A stretch of 64,000 nt of DNA, from contig CACOBL010000004.1 in assembly GCA_902625455.1 (NCBI GenBank), positions 14,064 to 78,063 of the forward strand, read 5' to 3'. Every line of letters begins with the position of its first letter. Position 1 is the stretch's first letter. The translations under genes were made by a program, and so were the position numbers. This DNA is from an uncultured Candidatus Actinomarina sp. GTDB lineage: Bacteria; Actinomycetota; Acidimicrobiia; Actinomarinales; Actinomarinaceae. Of this stretch, positions 10,274 to 25,032 are shown piece by piece. The notes under the pieces were generated by a model, which made no database searches, was not told where the DNA came from, and worked only from the letters and a program-made list of their open reading frames with translations.

Positions 10274-10789
10274 ATACCAGAACTTAAGATTAATGAAGCT
10301 ATAAAATCTAAAGAGCTTAGAGTAATAGCACCAGATGGTGTACAGGTTGGAGTTCTAGAATTAAAAAAAGCTTTAATTATAGCAAATGAATTAGAACTTG
10401 ATTTAGTAGAAGTATCTCCAGAAAGTAAACCTCCTGTTGCAAGATTGATGGATTATGGAAAATATAAATACGAACTAGCTCAAAAGGCTAAAGAATCCAG
10501 AAAAAATCAGGTAAAAATATCTGTAAAGGAAATACAGTTAAAGCCCAAAATAGATACAAATGATTTCAAAATTAAGTTGCAAAAATCAAGGAAGTTTTTA
10601 GAAACTGGTGACAAGGTTAAATTTACAATGAGATTTAGAGGTAGAGAAGCAGAACATCCAGAATTTGGACAAAAAGTATTAGATAATTACAAAGAGGAGT
10701 TATCTGATATTGCAGAATTAGAATCTACTTCAAATCCTGACGGTAGATCAATAACTATGGTTTTAGCACCAATTGGAGGTAGAAAATGA
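10274..10789 (+). CDS. infC: Translation initiation factor IF-3, non-canonical start (ATA 10274 or ATT 10268)
   Basis: Frame opens after TGA 10259 and encodes the IF3 N-domain (INEAIK..ELRVI...LDLVEVSP..KPPVARLMDYGK) upstream of the ORF-track start at 10445; SD AAGGGG 10262-10267. Confidence 0.93.
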   Translation: MPELKINEAIKSKELRVIAPDGVQVGVLELKKALIIANELELDLVEVSPESKPPVARLMDYGKYKYELAQKAKESRKNQVKISVKEIQLKPKIDTNDFKIKLQKSRKFLETGDKVKFTMRFRGREAEHPEFGQKVLDNYKEELSDIAELESTSNPDGRSITMVLAPIGGRK

Positions 10790-10974
10790 AACATAAAACT
10801 CATAAAGGGATGTCGAAAAGAGTTCGAGTTAGTGGGACAGGCAAATATATGCGAAGACGCTCTCACAGATCTCATTATAAATTGGCAAAGGGATCAGGAA
10901 CTTGGTCACGTTTAAAAAGAGATGTTGAATCTTCAAAAGGAGATAGTAGAAAAATTAGAAAGTTGTTAGGTTAA
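10786..10974 (+). CDS. rpmI: 50S ribosomal protein L35
   Basis: [15 protein letters not shown]; infC-rpmI-rplT order. Confidence 0.95.
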   Translation: MKHKTHKGMSKRVRVSGTGKYMRRRSHRSHYKLAKGSGTWSRLKRDVESSKGDSRKIRKLLG

Positions 10975-10976
10975 TC

Positions 10977-11336
10977 ATGGTTAGAATCAAAAGATCCGTA
11001 CATAGTAAAAAATCTAAAAAGAAAGTTCTTAAAAATGCAAAGGGTTATACGGGTGCAAGAAGTAAAAGATTAAGAGCAGCAAAAGAACAGGTAATGCATG
11101 CAGGAGCTGATGCATTTACTCATCGTAAAGATAAAAAAGCTGATTTTAGAAAATTATGGATATCAAGAATAAATGCAGCAGCAAGACAAAACGGTTTAAC
11201 TTATTCAAAGTTCATCAATGGACTAACCAAGGAAGGAATTAAAGTCGACAGAAAAATTCTTGCAGACTTAGCTGTTAATGATCCAAAAGGCTTCTCTAAA
11301 CTTGTTGATGTTGCAAAAAAGAATCTAGATGCCTGA
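10977..11336 (+). CDS. rplT: 50S ribosomal protein L20
   Basis: [23 protein letters not shown]. Confidence 0.98.
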   Translation: MVRIKRSVHSKKSKKKVLKNAKGYTGARSKRLRAAKEQVMHAGADAFTHRKDKKADFRKLWISRINAAARQNGLTYSKFINGLTKEGIKVDRKILADLAVNDPKGFSKLVDVAKKNLDA

Positions 11337-12321
11337 GTTAAATCTTGATAAGATTTTAGCTTCTTTAGATTTAAGAATTTCAGAAGTTACTTTACCAGAT
11401 GAATATGATCAAATTTCTAAAGATTATTTAGGTAAGGACTCTCTTTTAGCTGAAGAACGTAAAAAACTTCCTACCTTATCAAATGAAGATAAGAAAACAT
11501 ATGGAAAAAAACTTACCGAATTATCTAAAGAAATAGAATCGAAAATCGAATCATCTCAAAAACAATTTATATTAGATACTTTTCAAAAAAAAGAGAGAGA
11601 AGAATTTACTGATATAACCATAGATTGGAATCGTAATGAAGGATCATACAAACATATACTCTCATCAGTTATGGATGAAGTTGTAAATATATTCTCATCT
11701 ATTGGATATGAAGTAGCTTATGGACCTGAAGCAGAGACTTCATGGCATAATTTTGATGCTCTAAACACTCCTGACTGGCATCCAGCTAGATACGAATCAG
11801 ATACAATTTATCTTAATTCTGATTTAGAAACTCTCTTAAGAACTCAAACAAGCACTGTGCAAATAAGACACATGGAGCAAAATGATCCACCTGTTTATAT
11901 AGTTGCTCCTGGTAGAGTATTCAGATCTGACCAATTAGATGCAACTCATTCGCCAGTTTTTCATCAGTTAGAAGGCTTGGCTATAGATAAAAATCTTAGT
12001 TTTACAGACTTAAAAGGCACTCTTGAATACTTTACTAAAGAATTTTTTGGTGAAAATATTGAAACAAAATTTATTCCTCATTTTTTTCCTTTTACTGAAC
12101 CATCTGCTGAAGTATTAGTCAAATGGAATGATGGATCATGGCTTGAAATACTTGGTTGCGGTATGGTTGATCCTAATGTTCTTGAGAATGTAGGGTATTC
12201 AAAAGAATACAAAGGGTTTGCTTGGGGTGTAGGTATTGAACGTTTGGCAATGTTAAGATACAAAATTGATCATATCAAAAATTTCTACGAAAACGATATA
12301 AGATTTTTGGAACAATTCTGA
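11329..12321 (+). CDS. pheS: Phenylalanyl-tRNA synthetase alpha subunit
   Basis: NFDALN..HPAR, LRTQTS, FPFTEPS, GIERLAM. Confidence 0.98.
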   Translation: MPELNLDKILASLDLRISEVTLPDEYDQISKDYLGKDSLLAEERKKLPTLSNEDKKTYGKKLTELSKEIESKIESSQKQFILDTFQKKEREEFTDITIDWNRNEGSYKHILSSVMDEVVNIFSSIGYEVAYGPEAETSWHNFDALNTPDWHPARYESDTIYLNSDLETLLRTQTSTVQIRHMEQNDPPVYIVAPGRVFRSDQLDATHSPVFHQLEGLAIDKNLSFTDLKGTLEYFTKEFFGENIETKFIPHFFPFTEPSAEVLVKWNDGSWLEILGCGMVDPNVLENVGYSKEYKGFAWGVGIERLAMLRYKIDHIKNFYENDIRFLEQF

Positions 12322-14660
12322 TGAAATTATTGAGATCATGGTTACAAGACTGGATAGATTTAACAGATATTGATGATGATGACTTATCAACGGCTTTAGA
12401 ATCATTAGGTTTCGAAATTGAAGATTACAAATTAATTAATCCGGATTACAAAAATATTATTGTAGGAAAAGTTATAGAAATATATCCACATCCTAATGCA
12501 GACAAAGTAAGAGTTACAAAAGTTGATGTAGGCAATAAGATCTATGAGATTGTATGTGGAGCATGGAATTTTGAAGAAGGTGCAATTGTTCCTGTTGCAT
12601 TGCCTAATTCATATATAAAAGATTCTTTTAAGATCGACAAGCGAGACATTAGAGGAGTAGAGTCGAATGGAATGATCTGCTCTGCTTCAGAATTAAACTT
12701 ATGGGATGAACATGACGGTATTTTAATTTTGGATGAATCATTCAAAATAGGATCAGATTTTTCAAAATCTTACATTTCTTCAGACTCATACTGGGAAGTA
12801 GGAGTCACTCCAAACAGAGGTGATTGTATGTCGTATCTAGGAATTGCTCGTGAATTGTCTACATACTTTAACAAAAACCTTAATAAGATTGAAAACCCAT
12901 TAAATCCTAAATTGAAACCCGTATTAAAAGTTAATAGTGGAAAGTCAAAACTATGTTCATCCTATCAATCTATAGAAATTGAAAACATCTCGATTAAAGA
13001 TTCATCCTTTCTTATTAAATACAGATTGTCGAATATAGGTGTAAGAATAATAAATAATGTAGTTGATTATACAAATTATGTATTACATGACATTGGTCAA
13101 CCCTTGCACGCTTTTGATAGAGATAAATTGTACGGAACCATATCAGTCAGAAAAGCTAAAGAAGGTGAAAAACTTAAGACTCTTGATGAGCAAATAAGAA
13201 CTTTAGATAATGACGATTTAATTATAACCGATAATAATGAACCAATAGCATTAGCTGGAGTAATGGGTGGTTTTGATACAGAAGTAACTAATGAAACAGT
13301 CAATCTTCTTATTGAAAGTGCTTACTTTGACAAAGTCTCAATAATGAAAACTTCAAGGAAATTAAATTTAATTTCAGACGCCTCAGTTCGATTTGAACGC
13401 GGTATAGACAGAAATATACAAGCTTATGGCTTAAAAAGGTTTACTAATCTGTATGAATTAGATGAAAATATACAATACAGCGAAATTTCAGATAGCTCTA
13501 AGCAAACTGAAAGTGAAAATTATATTACTTTCGAAATAAGTTTAATAGAATCTATACTTGGTCAAGTTATTGACAATAAATTCATTACATCAACACTTAA
13601 ATCATTATCCATAGAGAGTGAAATCAAAAAAGATACTATAAAGTTTAAACAACCAAGTTGGAGATATGATTTAGAACGACCAATTGACTTAATTGAGGAG
13701 ATAGCTAAACATTATGGATTTAATAATTTTAAATCAACGCTACCAATAGGAAATAATTTAAATAAAGTTGGAAATTATTGGAATGTACGTAAATATTTTA
13801 TAGATAAATTAAGTTTAGAAAAATTTAATGAAACCCAATCTTTATCTTTTACTCAAAAAGAATACAATGAATTTTTTGATCCTGATAAAGAAGGAGTCAA
13901 AGTTTTAAATCCTATAGATCAAACCCAAGAGTATTTACGAACAAATTTATATTATTCGTTAATCAAAACATACAAATTTAATTACGATCAAAATGGTTTT
14001 TCTGGAAAATACTTTGAGATAAATAACATATATAACAATTCAACAAACAAGAAATATAAAAAGATACCTAAACAAGATTATACGCTTGGATTTTTAGTCC
14101 CAGATAACAACTCCAATATTAACCCAATGCAATACATTGCTTCTTTACTGAGAAAAATTATACCTGGAGTAAGTTTCGATCAACTTTCAAAGCCCGGTTT
14201 TCATCAAAACAACTCATATCTAATCATGGTAGATAACAAATTAATAGGACATACTGGACAATTGTCTTATCTACTTAAAGAGGAACTAAATTTATCTGAA
14301 AATCTGTTTTTGTCCCAAATATATTTAGAGGAACTAAATTTAGAAGGTTTAAATACTTCTAATTACAAGCCATTATCGCACTATCCTTTTATTAAATTTG
14401 ATTTGTCTTTCAAAGTAGATAGAGATTTGAATGCAAATGACTTAATTCAAGAAGTTGAAAACTTACTACAAAATAATGAAAATTCTATAAAAGTATTTGA
14501 TGATTATGCTTTTGAGAAAACTCGTAATTTAGGAATTAGAATAATTACTAGAAGCTATGAAAAAACATACAATGAAAAAGAGAATACTGAGATACTTAAT
14601 ATGATTGTTGATAAATTAACTTCAAAATTTAATATTACTCTCAATGAAAAAGGAGAGTAA
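12321..14660 (+). CDS. pheT: Phenylalanyl-tRNA synthetase beta subunit
   Basis: HPNADK, IVCGA, TPNRGD, RFERG, DLIEEI. Confidence 0.97.
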   Translation: MKLLRSWLQDWIDLTDIDDDDLSTALESLGFEIEDYKLINPDYKNIIVGKVIEIYPHPNADKVRVTKVDVGNKIYEIVCGAWNFEEGAIVPVALPNSYIKDSFKIDKRDIRGVESNGMICSASELNLWDEHDGILILDESFKIGSDFSKSYISSDSYWEVGVTPNRGDCMSYLGIARELSTYFNKNLNKIENPLNPKLKPVLKVNSGKSKLCSSYQSIEIENISIKDSSFLIKYRLSNIGVRIINNVVDYTNYVLHDIGQPLHAFDRDKLYGTISVRKAKEGEKLKTLDEQIRTLDNDDLIITDNNEPIALAGVMGGFDTEVTNETVNLLIESAYFDKVSIMKTSRKLNLISDASVRFERGIDRNIQAYGLKRFTNLYELDENIQYSEISDSSKQTESENYITFEISLIESILGQVIDNKFITSTLKSLSIESEIKKDTIKFKQPSWRYDLERPIDLIEEIAKHYGFNNFKSTLPIGNNLNKVGNYWNVRKYFIDKLSLEKFNETQSLSFTQKEYNEFFDPDKEGVKVLNPIDQTQEYLRTNLYYSLIKTYKFNYDQNGFSGKYFEINNIYNNSTNKKYKKIPKQDYTLGFLVPDNNSNINPMQYIASLLRKIIPGVSFDQLSKPGFHQNNSYLIMVDNKLIGHTGQLSYLLKEELNLSENLFLSQIYLEELNLEGLNTSNYKPLSHYPFIKFDLSFKVDRDLNANDLIQEVENLLQNNENSIKVFDDYAFEKTRNLGIRIITRSYEKTYNEKENTEILNMIVDKLTSKFNITLNEKGE

Positions 14661-15232
14661 TGGAAACATTAGGTTTAAATAACAGAGTACTTAAAACACT
14701 TTCACAGAGCTCTGCAAAAGCTGCTGTTGATATTTTAGGAATGCGTCTTTCTACAACTATTAAAGACAAATTTGTTGAAATTATGATTACGGAAACAGAG
14801 GCCTATGGAAGAAAAAATACAGATAAAATGGCATTGTTTAATACCTATAAAAATATTCCCACATCATTAACATTAGGACCTCCTTATATGAGTGTATTAA
14901 GATCTTATGGTTCAAACAAAGGTTTATTTTTGTTGACTGGAAAAAAAGGTTCTGGCGAAGCTGTCTTAATTAAATCTGGAAAAATATTGATTGGCAAAAA
15001 GCACATTGAAAAGAGACGTAAAACAAAAATGAAAACTGATAATTTAAATGGTCCTGGCAATATAACAAAAGGTTTAGGCATAGATGATACATTCGATGGA
15101 TATAATTTACTTACTGGAATTGTGGATTTGTCACCAAGAATTCATCCTTTAGATCAAGCTATAGCTAGACCAAGAAAAAATGCAAAGAGGAATGATAAGA
15201 ATCTTTGGAGATTCACATTAATTATAAAATGA
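14660..15232 (+). CDS. 3-methyladenine DNA glycosylase (Mpg/AAG family), divergent
   Basis: ITETEAY, AVLI, NGPG, LWRF; position before tyrS. Confidence 0.75.
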   Translation: METLGLNNRVLKTLSQSSAKAAVDILGMRLSTTIKDKFVEIMITETEAYGRKNTDKMALFNTYKNIPTSLTLGPPYMSVLRSYGSNKGLFLLTGKKGSGEAVLIKSGKILIGKKHIEKRRKTKMKTDNLNGPGNITKGLGIDDTFDGYNLLTGIVDLSPRIHPLDQAIARPRKNAKRNDKNLWRFTLIIK

Positions 15233-16407
15233 AGTATTTAATTGAAAGAGCAAGTGCAATTACACCGAAAGATTCTCTTGATGATTTATTAAATAGTAAA
15301 AAATCTTTACGAATTAAGTTAGGTGTAGATCCAACAGCTCCTGATGTAACTCTAGGATGGTATGCAATATTAAGAGCTTTACGAAAATTTCAAGATTATG
15401 GTCACACTGCTGTTTTAATACTAGGCGAATTCACTGCTCAAGTTGGTGACCCTTCAGGTAAGTCAGAAACTAGAACTCAATTAGAAGAAAATCAAATAGA
15501 TGATAATTCAAAAGGAGTGCTTCCAATAATAAAAGGTATCTTAAATGAAGAAAATCTAGAAATTGTAAGTAATAAAGATTGGTTATCAAAGTTGTCAACA
15601 TCAGAATTAGTTCATCTATCATCATCAACAACTTTGGCCCAAATGCTAGAACGTGACGATTTCGCTAATAGGTACAAAGAAGGAAATCCCATATCCTTAA
15701 TGGAATTCTTTTATCCACTATTTCAAGGCTACGATTCTGTAGCTGTAAAAGCTGATATTGAAATTGGTGGCCATGATCAACTTTGGAATTTAATGTTAGG
15801 CAGAGAGGTACAAAAATTTTACAATCTAGAACCTCAAATTGCTATGACATTTCCATTATTAGTCGGAACAGATGGAAATAAAAAAATGTCCCAATCTCTC
15901 AACAATTATATTTCAGTTACTGATACTCCATCTAATATCTATGGGAAAATTATGAGTATACCTGATGATATTATGTGGGAGTATTTCACTATGCTAACTG
16001 ATTTAGAGCTTGATGAAATTAACAAGATGAAACATAGTGTAATTAACGATAAACAAAATCCATTTGAATATAAGAAACTACTTGGTGAATTAGTAGTAAC
16101 AGAATTATATTCTAAGAATGATGCACTAGAAGCTGAAGAACAATTTAAAAATGTCACAATTAACAAAGATGTGCCAGATGAAATACCTGAATATTATGTA
16201 GAAGACATTGAAATTCTTCATTTACCTAAGGTTTTTACTGATTTAAATATTACAAAATCTAACTCTGAAGCAAGAAGATTGATAACAGCTGGTAGTTTTA
16301 CCATAGACGGTCAAAAACATAACCAATTGGATATTGAGCCAAGCCTTATTTCTGGAAAAACTCTAAAATTAGGAAAAAGAAATTATTTTTCAATAAATAT
16401 TAAATAA
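15229..16407 (+). CDS. tyrS: Tyrosyl-tRNA synthetase
   Basis: KLGVDPTAP, GDPSGKS, YPLFQGYDS, GGHDQLWN, KMSQS, C-terminal S4 domain; start at ATG 15229. Confidence 0.96.
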   Translation: MKYLIERASAITPKDSLDDLLNSKKSLRIKLGVDPTAPDVTLGWYAILRALRKFQDYGHTAVLILGEFTAQVGDPSGKSETRTQLEENQIDDNSKGVLPIIKGILNEENLEIVSNKDWLSKLSTSELVHLSSSTTLAQMLERDDFANRYKEGNPISLMEFFYPLFQGYDSVAVKADIEIGGHDQLWNLMLGREVQKFYNLEPQIAMTFPLLVGTDGNKKMSQSLNNYISVTDTPSNIYGKIMSIPDDIMWEYFTMLTDLELDEINKMKHSVINDKQNPFEYKKLLGELVVTELYSKNDALEAEEQFKNVTINKDVPDEIPEYYVEDIEILHLPKVFTDLNITKSNSEARRLITAGSFTIDGQKHNQLDIEPSLISGKTLKLGKRNYFSINIK

Positions 16408-16451
16408 GTACACCACTTAAACAAGGTTATGTTAATCTAAATATACGAAAA

Positions 16452-16466
16452 AAATTGGCTTTTTGA
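16452..16466 (+). promoter_or_regulatory. boxA-like element in rRNA leader (repeated in ITS at 18226-18240)
   Basis: Identical 15-mer AAATTGGCTTTTTGA before both 16S and 23S, adjoining the processing stalks. Confidence 0.6.
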
Positions 16467-16618
16467 CAACTGAGTAATGTATGAACGCCGGTAGTGCAGA
16501 TAGAAATATCTAGCACTCTTTTTTTGTCAACTTTTAACTAAGTTGATTCAACTTTTTTAAGTTGAAATGGGTAAAACCCATGTTGATTCTTTGGTCAGAT
16601 TTAAATTATTCAAAGATT

Positions 16619-18146
<1,528 letters not shown>

Positions 18147-18278
18147 AAGGAGCATAGAACTTCGGTTCTAAGGTCAATCGTCGGTTGTCTACAAGACTGA
18201 TACATTACTCAGCTGTGAAAAAGTCAAATTGGCTTTTTGAAAATTGTATAGCAAGCGCAATTGCAAAGTATTCATATA

Positions 18279-21337
<3,059 letters not shown>

Positions 21338-21382
21338 GAATACCTAGCATGAACGCTTGCTATAGAATTTTTAAGAAGAGAT

Positions 21383-21499
<117 letters not shown>

Positions 21500-21512
21500 T
21501 TTTAATGAAGAG

Positions 21513-21540
21513 CCCCTAGGAAACTAGGGGTTTTTCTTTT
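21513..21540 (+). terminator. Intrinsic terminator of rRNA operon
   Basis: CCCCTAG-GAAA-CTAGGGG followed by T-run. Confidence 0.9.
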
Positions 21541-21553
21541 ATAATTACTTAAT

Positions 21554-21973
21554 GTGAATTACAATAAATTTTTAAATTTATTTTTATCTTTTTTGTTAAT
21601 TAATAGCTCATTGTTGGTAATTTATTCAGTTTTTTTTCCTGATTCTACTTTTCTTTTTTTTCAACAAACCTATCTTGAAGTTTTAGCAATCGCTGATACT
21701 GGAGGTAATGGACATTTAAATTTATTAACATACCCATTAAGTTTATATTTAATGTGTACATTTGGTTGCATTCAATATTTACGTACTCAAAATATTTTTT
21801 ACCTTAATTTTTTAACAGTATTGTGGACTATTGTTCTTATATCAAGGATTATTTCTTTACTAGTAATAGGAAATGTTCAGATTGACCTATATTTCTTTTT
21901 TGGAATACTTACAGAATTTTTTATTGCTCCAATACATATTTACTTGCGAAGTAAGATAATAAAAGTAAGTTAA
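21554..21973 (+). CDS. Hypothetical membrane protein (about 4 TM)
   Basis: Hydrophobic 139-aa ORF, no recognised family. Confidence 0.65.
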   Translation: MNYNKFLNLFLSFLLINSSLLVIYSVFFPDSTFLFFQQTYLEVLAIADTGGNGHLNLLTYPLSLYLMCTFGCIQYLRTQNIFYLNFLTVLWTIVLISRIISLLVIGNVQIDLYFFFGILTEFFIAPIHIYLRSKIIKVS

Positions 21974-22884
21974 GTATTTTCTAAAAAATTTTTAATTCCT
22001 TGTATTTGCATTTGTAAATTTCCGTTATCTAAATAATTTTTGATAGTTTCTTCATCTACACCAAGAATTCTATAATTGCCACTTAACCATGTTTGTAGGG
22101 ATTCAGCAGCTACATCAATCGATAAATTTGGCAATTTTTTTACGAAGTCAATCCAGAGTTCAATACTTTCTTTAGCATTGATTATTAATTCATAAGGATT
22201 TTTATGTATTCCAAAATGAGCAAGAGCTAAATATTCAAGATCAAGTGTATATAACTTATCTAAAGTTTTGAATAGTAATTCTTTATTAAAATCTGGTGGG
22301 GGAAGGTTCGGTTGAACAAAGTCTCCATGAGGATAAATTAATCCCAGCGTATCTCCCATAAATAGTGTTTTAGAATATGCATCATAAAATGTATAGTGAT
22401 GTTTTGCATGGCCGGGTCCATAAATTGCTTCTAATTTTCTTCCATTACCTAGATCTATCAACTCTTTATCTTTGAGTGAATGTATATTATTTAATGGTGT
22501 TGGTTTAATTTCACCCCAATTAGTAGATAGCCAATCTTCTGTATATACTTCAGAAACTGCTTTCCATAATTTCTCTGGGTTAGGTAAATGTTTTAGTCCT
22601 AATTCATGAATGTATACAAAATGATCTTCAAACTTTTCAACTAGATGTCCAATTCCACCTACATGATCTAGATGTAAATGTGTCATAGCAGATCTGTTAA
22701 TTTCATTTATACCTAAACTTTCTAAACTTGAAATCAAATAAGGAAAAGACTTCGATGGACCAACTTCAATTAATATTGGATTAGATGAATCTATATAGTA
22801 ACAAGACATTCTTCCTGGTCTATTTTCCATGAACACATCAATTTGATAAATATGATTATCAAATTTAATTACGTCCTGTTTCAT
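21970..22884 (-). CDS. MBL-fold metallo-hydrolase
   Basis: THLHLDHVGG, PGHAKHH, GD, AHFG. Confidence 0.9.
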   Translation of the reverse strand: MKQDVIKFDNHIYQIDVFMENRPGRMSCYYIDSSNPILIEVGPSKSFPYLISSLESLGINEINRSAMTHLHLDHVGGIGHLVEKFEDHFVYIHELGLKHLPNPEKLWKAVSEVYTEDWLSTNWGEIKPTPLNNIHSLKDKELIDLGNGRKLEAIYGPGHAKHHYTFYDAYSKTLFMGDTLGLIYPHGDFVQPNLPPPDFNKELLFKTLDKLYTLDLEYLALAHFGIHKNPYELIINAKESIELWIDFVKKLPNLSIDVAAESLQTWLSGNYRILGVDEETIKNYLDNGNLQMQIQGIKNFLENT

Positions 22885-22927
22885 ATATATATTTTTGCAT
22901 ATAAAAGTTATAAACTACACTGTTTAA

Positions 22928-24352
22928 ATGAAAGTTTCTTTATCAAGTACTGCTGAATATAGTTCTAATGCTGCTGAATCGATTAAAGATTTAAAACCAA
23001 ATGCTGCTGATTTATTAATAACTAGTGTTGTAACTTCTATGACTACCGATCTTGGTGTTGTTGCACCAACATCCTCGGGTCTCTTAACGTTTTACGATGG
23101 TGAGACTAATAAATCACATACAATTGATGGTTATTTTGTATCTCCAAAAAATTTTAATGGAAATGATCATGAAGAACATAGGGTTGTATTAACTTATGGA
23201 GGATATGTAGAAACATGTAAAGGTGCAAATACATTCGCAATACCAGGTATTTATAAAATTTTAGATTACATTTACAAAAATTATGCTTCTCTTCCCTTAG
23301 ATAAATTATTAGAATTTCCGATCAGCATTGCCAAAAATGGATTCAAATTAACACAACCATCAAAAGATTACTTTCAACATTCTTTAAAACCCTTATTTAT
23401 GTGGCATGATTACTCCAAACAAATTTTGAAAAATGTTTCTTCTGATTTGGATAATGGAATTGTTAAAATTGACAAGTTAAGTGACTCACTTGAACATCTA
23501 TCAATTGAGGGTTTTAATGATTTTTATGTAGGCGATATTTCTAAGGAGATTCTTAAAACTATACAACAAGAAGGTGGACATGCAACATCAGATGATTTTT
23601 CAAATTATAATCTAATTGAAGATAGCAAATTTAATTTCAAATTTAAAGACTTAAACCTTACAGGACACTCTGGCCCTTCTATTGGTGGATTAATGGTTTT
23701 AAAATATATTGAAGAATTGTCTAAGGGTAAAAGAATTCAACCTTTGATTGATGTATATAAAGCAAGAAAAAACAATTACGAATTTTTTGGTGACAGACAA
23801 TCTTTTATAACTCAGGAAATACTTAACTATTCTACATCATCTTCTACTATTCAAGTTAATACATCAGACAATCTGAATAATCACTTCTCCATAACTTTTT
23901 CTAGCGGATACGGTTCAGGTGTTTTGTGTCCAAATACTGGAATGTATTTTAATAATTCACTTGGTGAAATCGAGCTTAATCCTCAAGGGTTTTTAGGAGA
24001 GACTCATGATGATAGACTTATATCTAACATGAGCCCATTAATAATTGAATCTGATGATGGAATTACAACTATCGGTTCTCCAGGAGCTGACAGGATAAGC
24101 TCTGCTATTGCTCAAGTCTTATTGAATTATTCAAAAAATAATAATTGGAAACATGCTATTGACGAACCTAGATTTCATGTAAATGGTGATGGGACTGTAA
24201 GAGCGGAACCAGGTTCATTAGATGCTGGCAAAAACATTACCATAACTGAATCATATGACATGTATTTTGGCGGTGTGTGTGTATCAGGATTTAATAATAA
24301 AGTTTTTTCACATGGTGACAAAAGAAGAGGGGATACTTCATGGACAAGTTAA
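22928..24352 (+). CDS. Gamma-glutamyltransferase family protein
   Basis: AIPG, A.NGF, DFY.G.I, GSG...TG...NN, SNMSP, GSPGADRI, PRFH, GDKRR. Confidence 0.85.
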   Translation: MKVSLSSTAEYSSNAAESIKDLKPNAADLLITSVVTSMTTDLGVVAPTSSGLLTFYDGETNKSHTIDGYFVSPKNFNGNDHEEHRVVLTYGGYVETCKGANTFAIPGIYKILDYIYKNYASLPLDKLLEFPISIAKNGFKLTQPSKDYFQHSLKPLFMWHDYSKQILKNVSSDLDNGIVKIDKLSDSLEHLSIEGFNDFYVGDISKEILKTIQQEGGHATSDDFSNYNLIEDSKFNFKFKDLNLTGHSGPSIGGLMVLKYIEELSKGKRIQPLIDVYKARKNNYEFFGDRQSFITQEILNYSTSSSTIQVNTSDNLNNHFSITFSSGYGSGVLCPNTGMYFNNSLGEIELNPQGFLGETHDDRLISNMSPLIIESDDGITTIGSPGADRISSAIAQVLLNYSKNNNWKHAIDEPRFHVNGDGTVRAEPGSLDAGKNITITESYDMYFGGVCVSGFNNKVFSHGDKRRGDTSWTS

Positions 24353-25032
24353 ATAATATACCTCATAAAATCCTTTTTTATTTTGGACTTTTGGTAGTTT
24401 TTATATTTTTAGGCCTTTCTTATTGGCAATTTAGTAGTTTTCAAAATGATAACGCTGCCCTCGAACAGTTTAAAAATACTAACTTATCATCTCCTATAAC
24501 TATTGAAGATCTCTATTTAGATAATAGTGATGAAGTTTTTGAATTCAATAAAGTTGTAATTAAAGACAACAATAATTTAGTTAAGAAAAGAACCTGGTAT
24601 TTACGATCAAGAGTGAATAATGGTGTAAATGGATATCATCTAATTAATTTGTACAAAGATAAAGATACTGACAACCACTTAATTGTAAATAATGGATGGA
24701 TTCCTCTAGACAAAAATGAGAATAAATCGTTTTCTAACCAAGAAATCGTTTTTGTGGGCCGTCTTATTAAATATGATCAACAATCTTTCGGACAAGATGA
24801 TATTCCAAATTCTGAATATTTGTTTAGGATTGATAAAAATTTTATTGAGAATGAAGTAAATGTAATACTTCCAAATTATTATCTTACATTAACAGAAACA
24901 TGTGGAAGTGGAGTAGAGTGTATCAATCTAGAGGAACCTTACGATGCACCTCATTTAAGTTATGCTCTACAGTGGTTATTTTTTGCTTTGTGTTTAATTG
25001 TTGTTATATTCAGGAAAAATAACCTTATATGA
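24340..25032 (+). CDS. SURF1 family protein
   Basis: LSYWQ, VNNGWIP, HLSYALQWLFFA. Confidence 0.88.
   Translation: MDKLNNIPHKILFYFGLLVVFIFLGLSYWQFSSFQNDNAALEQFKNTNLSSPITIEDLYLDNSDEVFEFNKVVIKDNNNLVKKRTWYLRSRVNNGVNGYHLINLYKDKDTDNHLIVNNGWIPLDKNENKSFSNQEIVFVGRLIKYDQQSFGQDDIPNSEYLFRIDKNFIENEVNVILPNYYLTLTETCGSGVECINLEEPYDAPHLSYALQWLFFALCLIVVIFRKNNLI

Noticed and set aside
16410..16437. Second dif-like sequence (ACACCACTTAA-ACAAGG-TTATGTTAATC)
   Set aside because: The left arm lacks the inner ATAA symmetry, and the site coincides with the probable extended -10 (TGT-TAATCT) of the rrn promoter.
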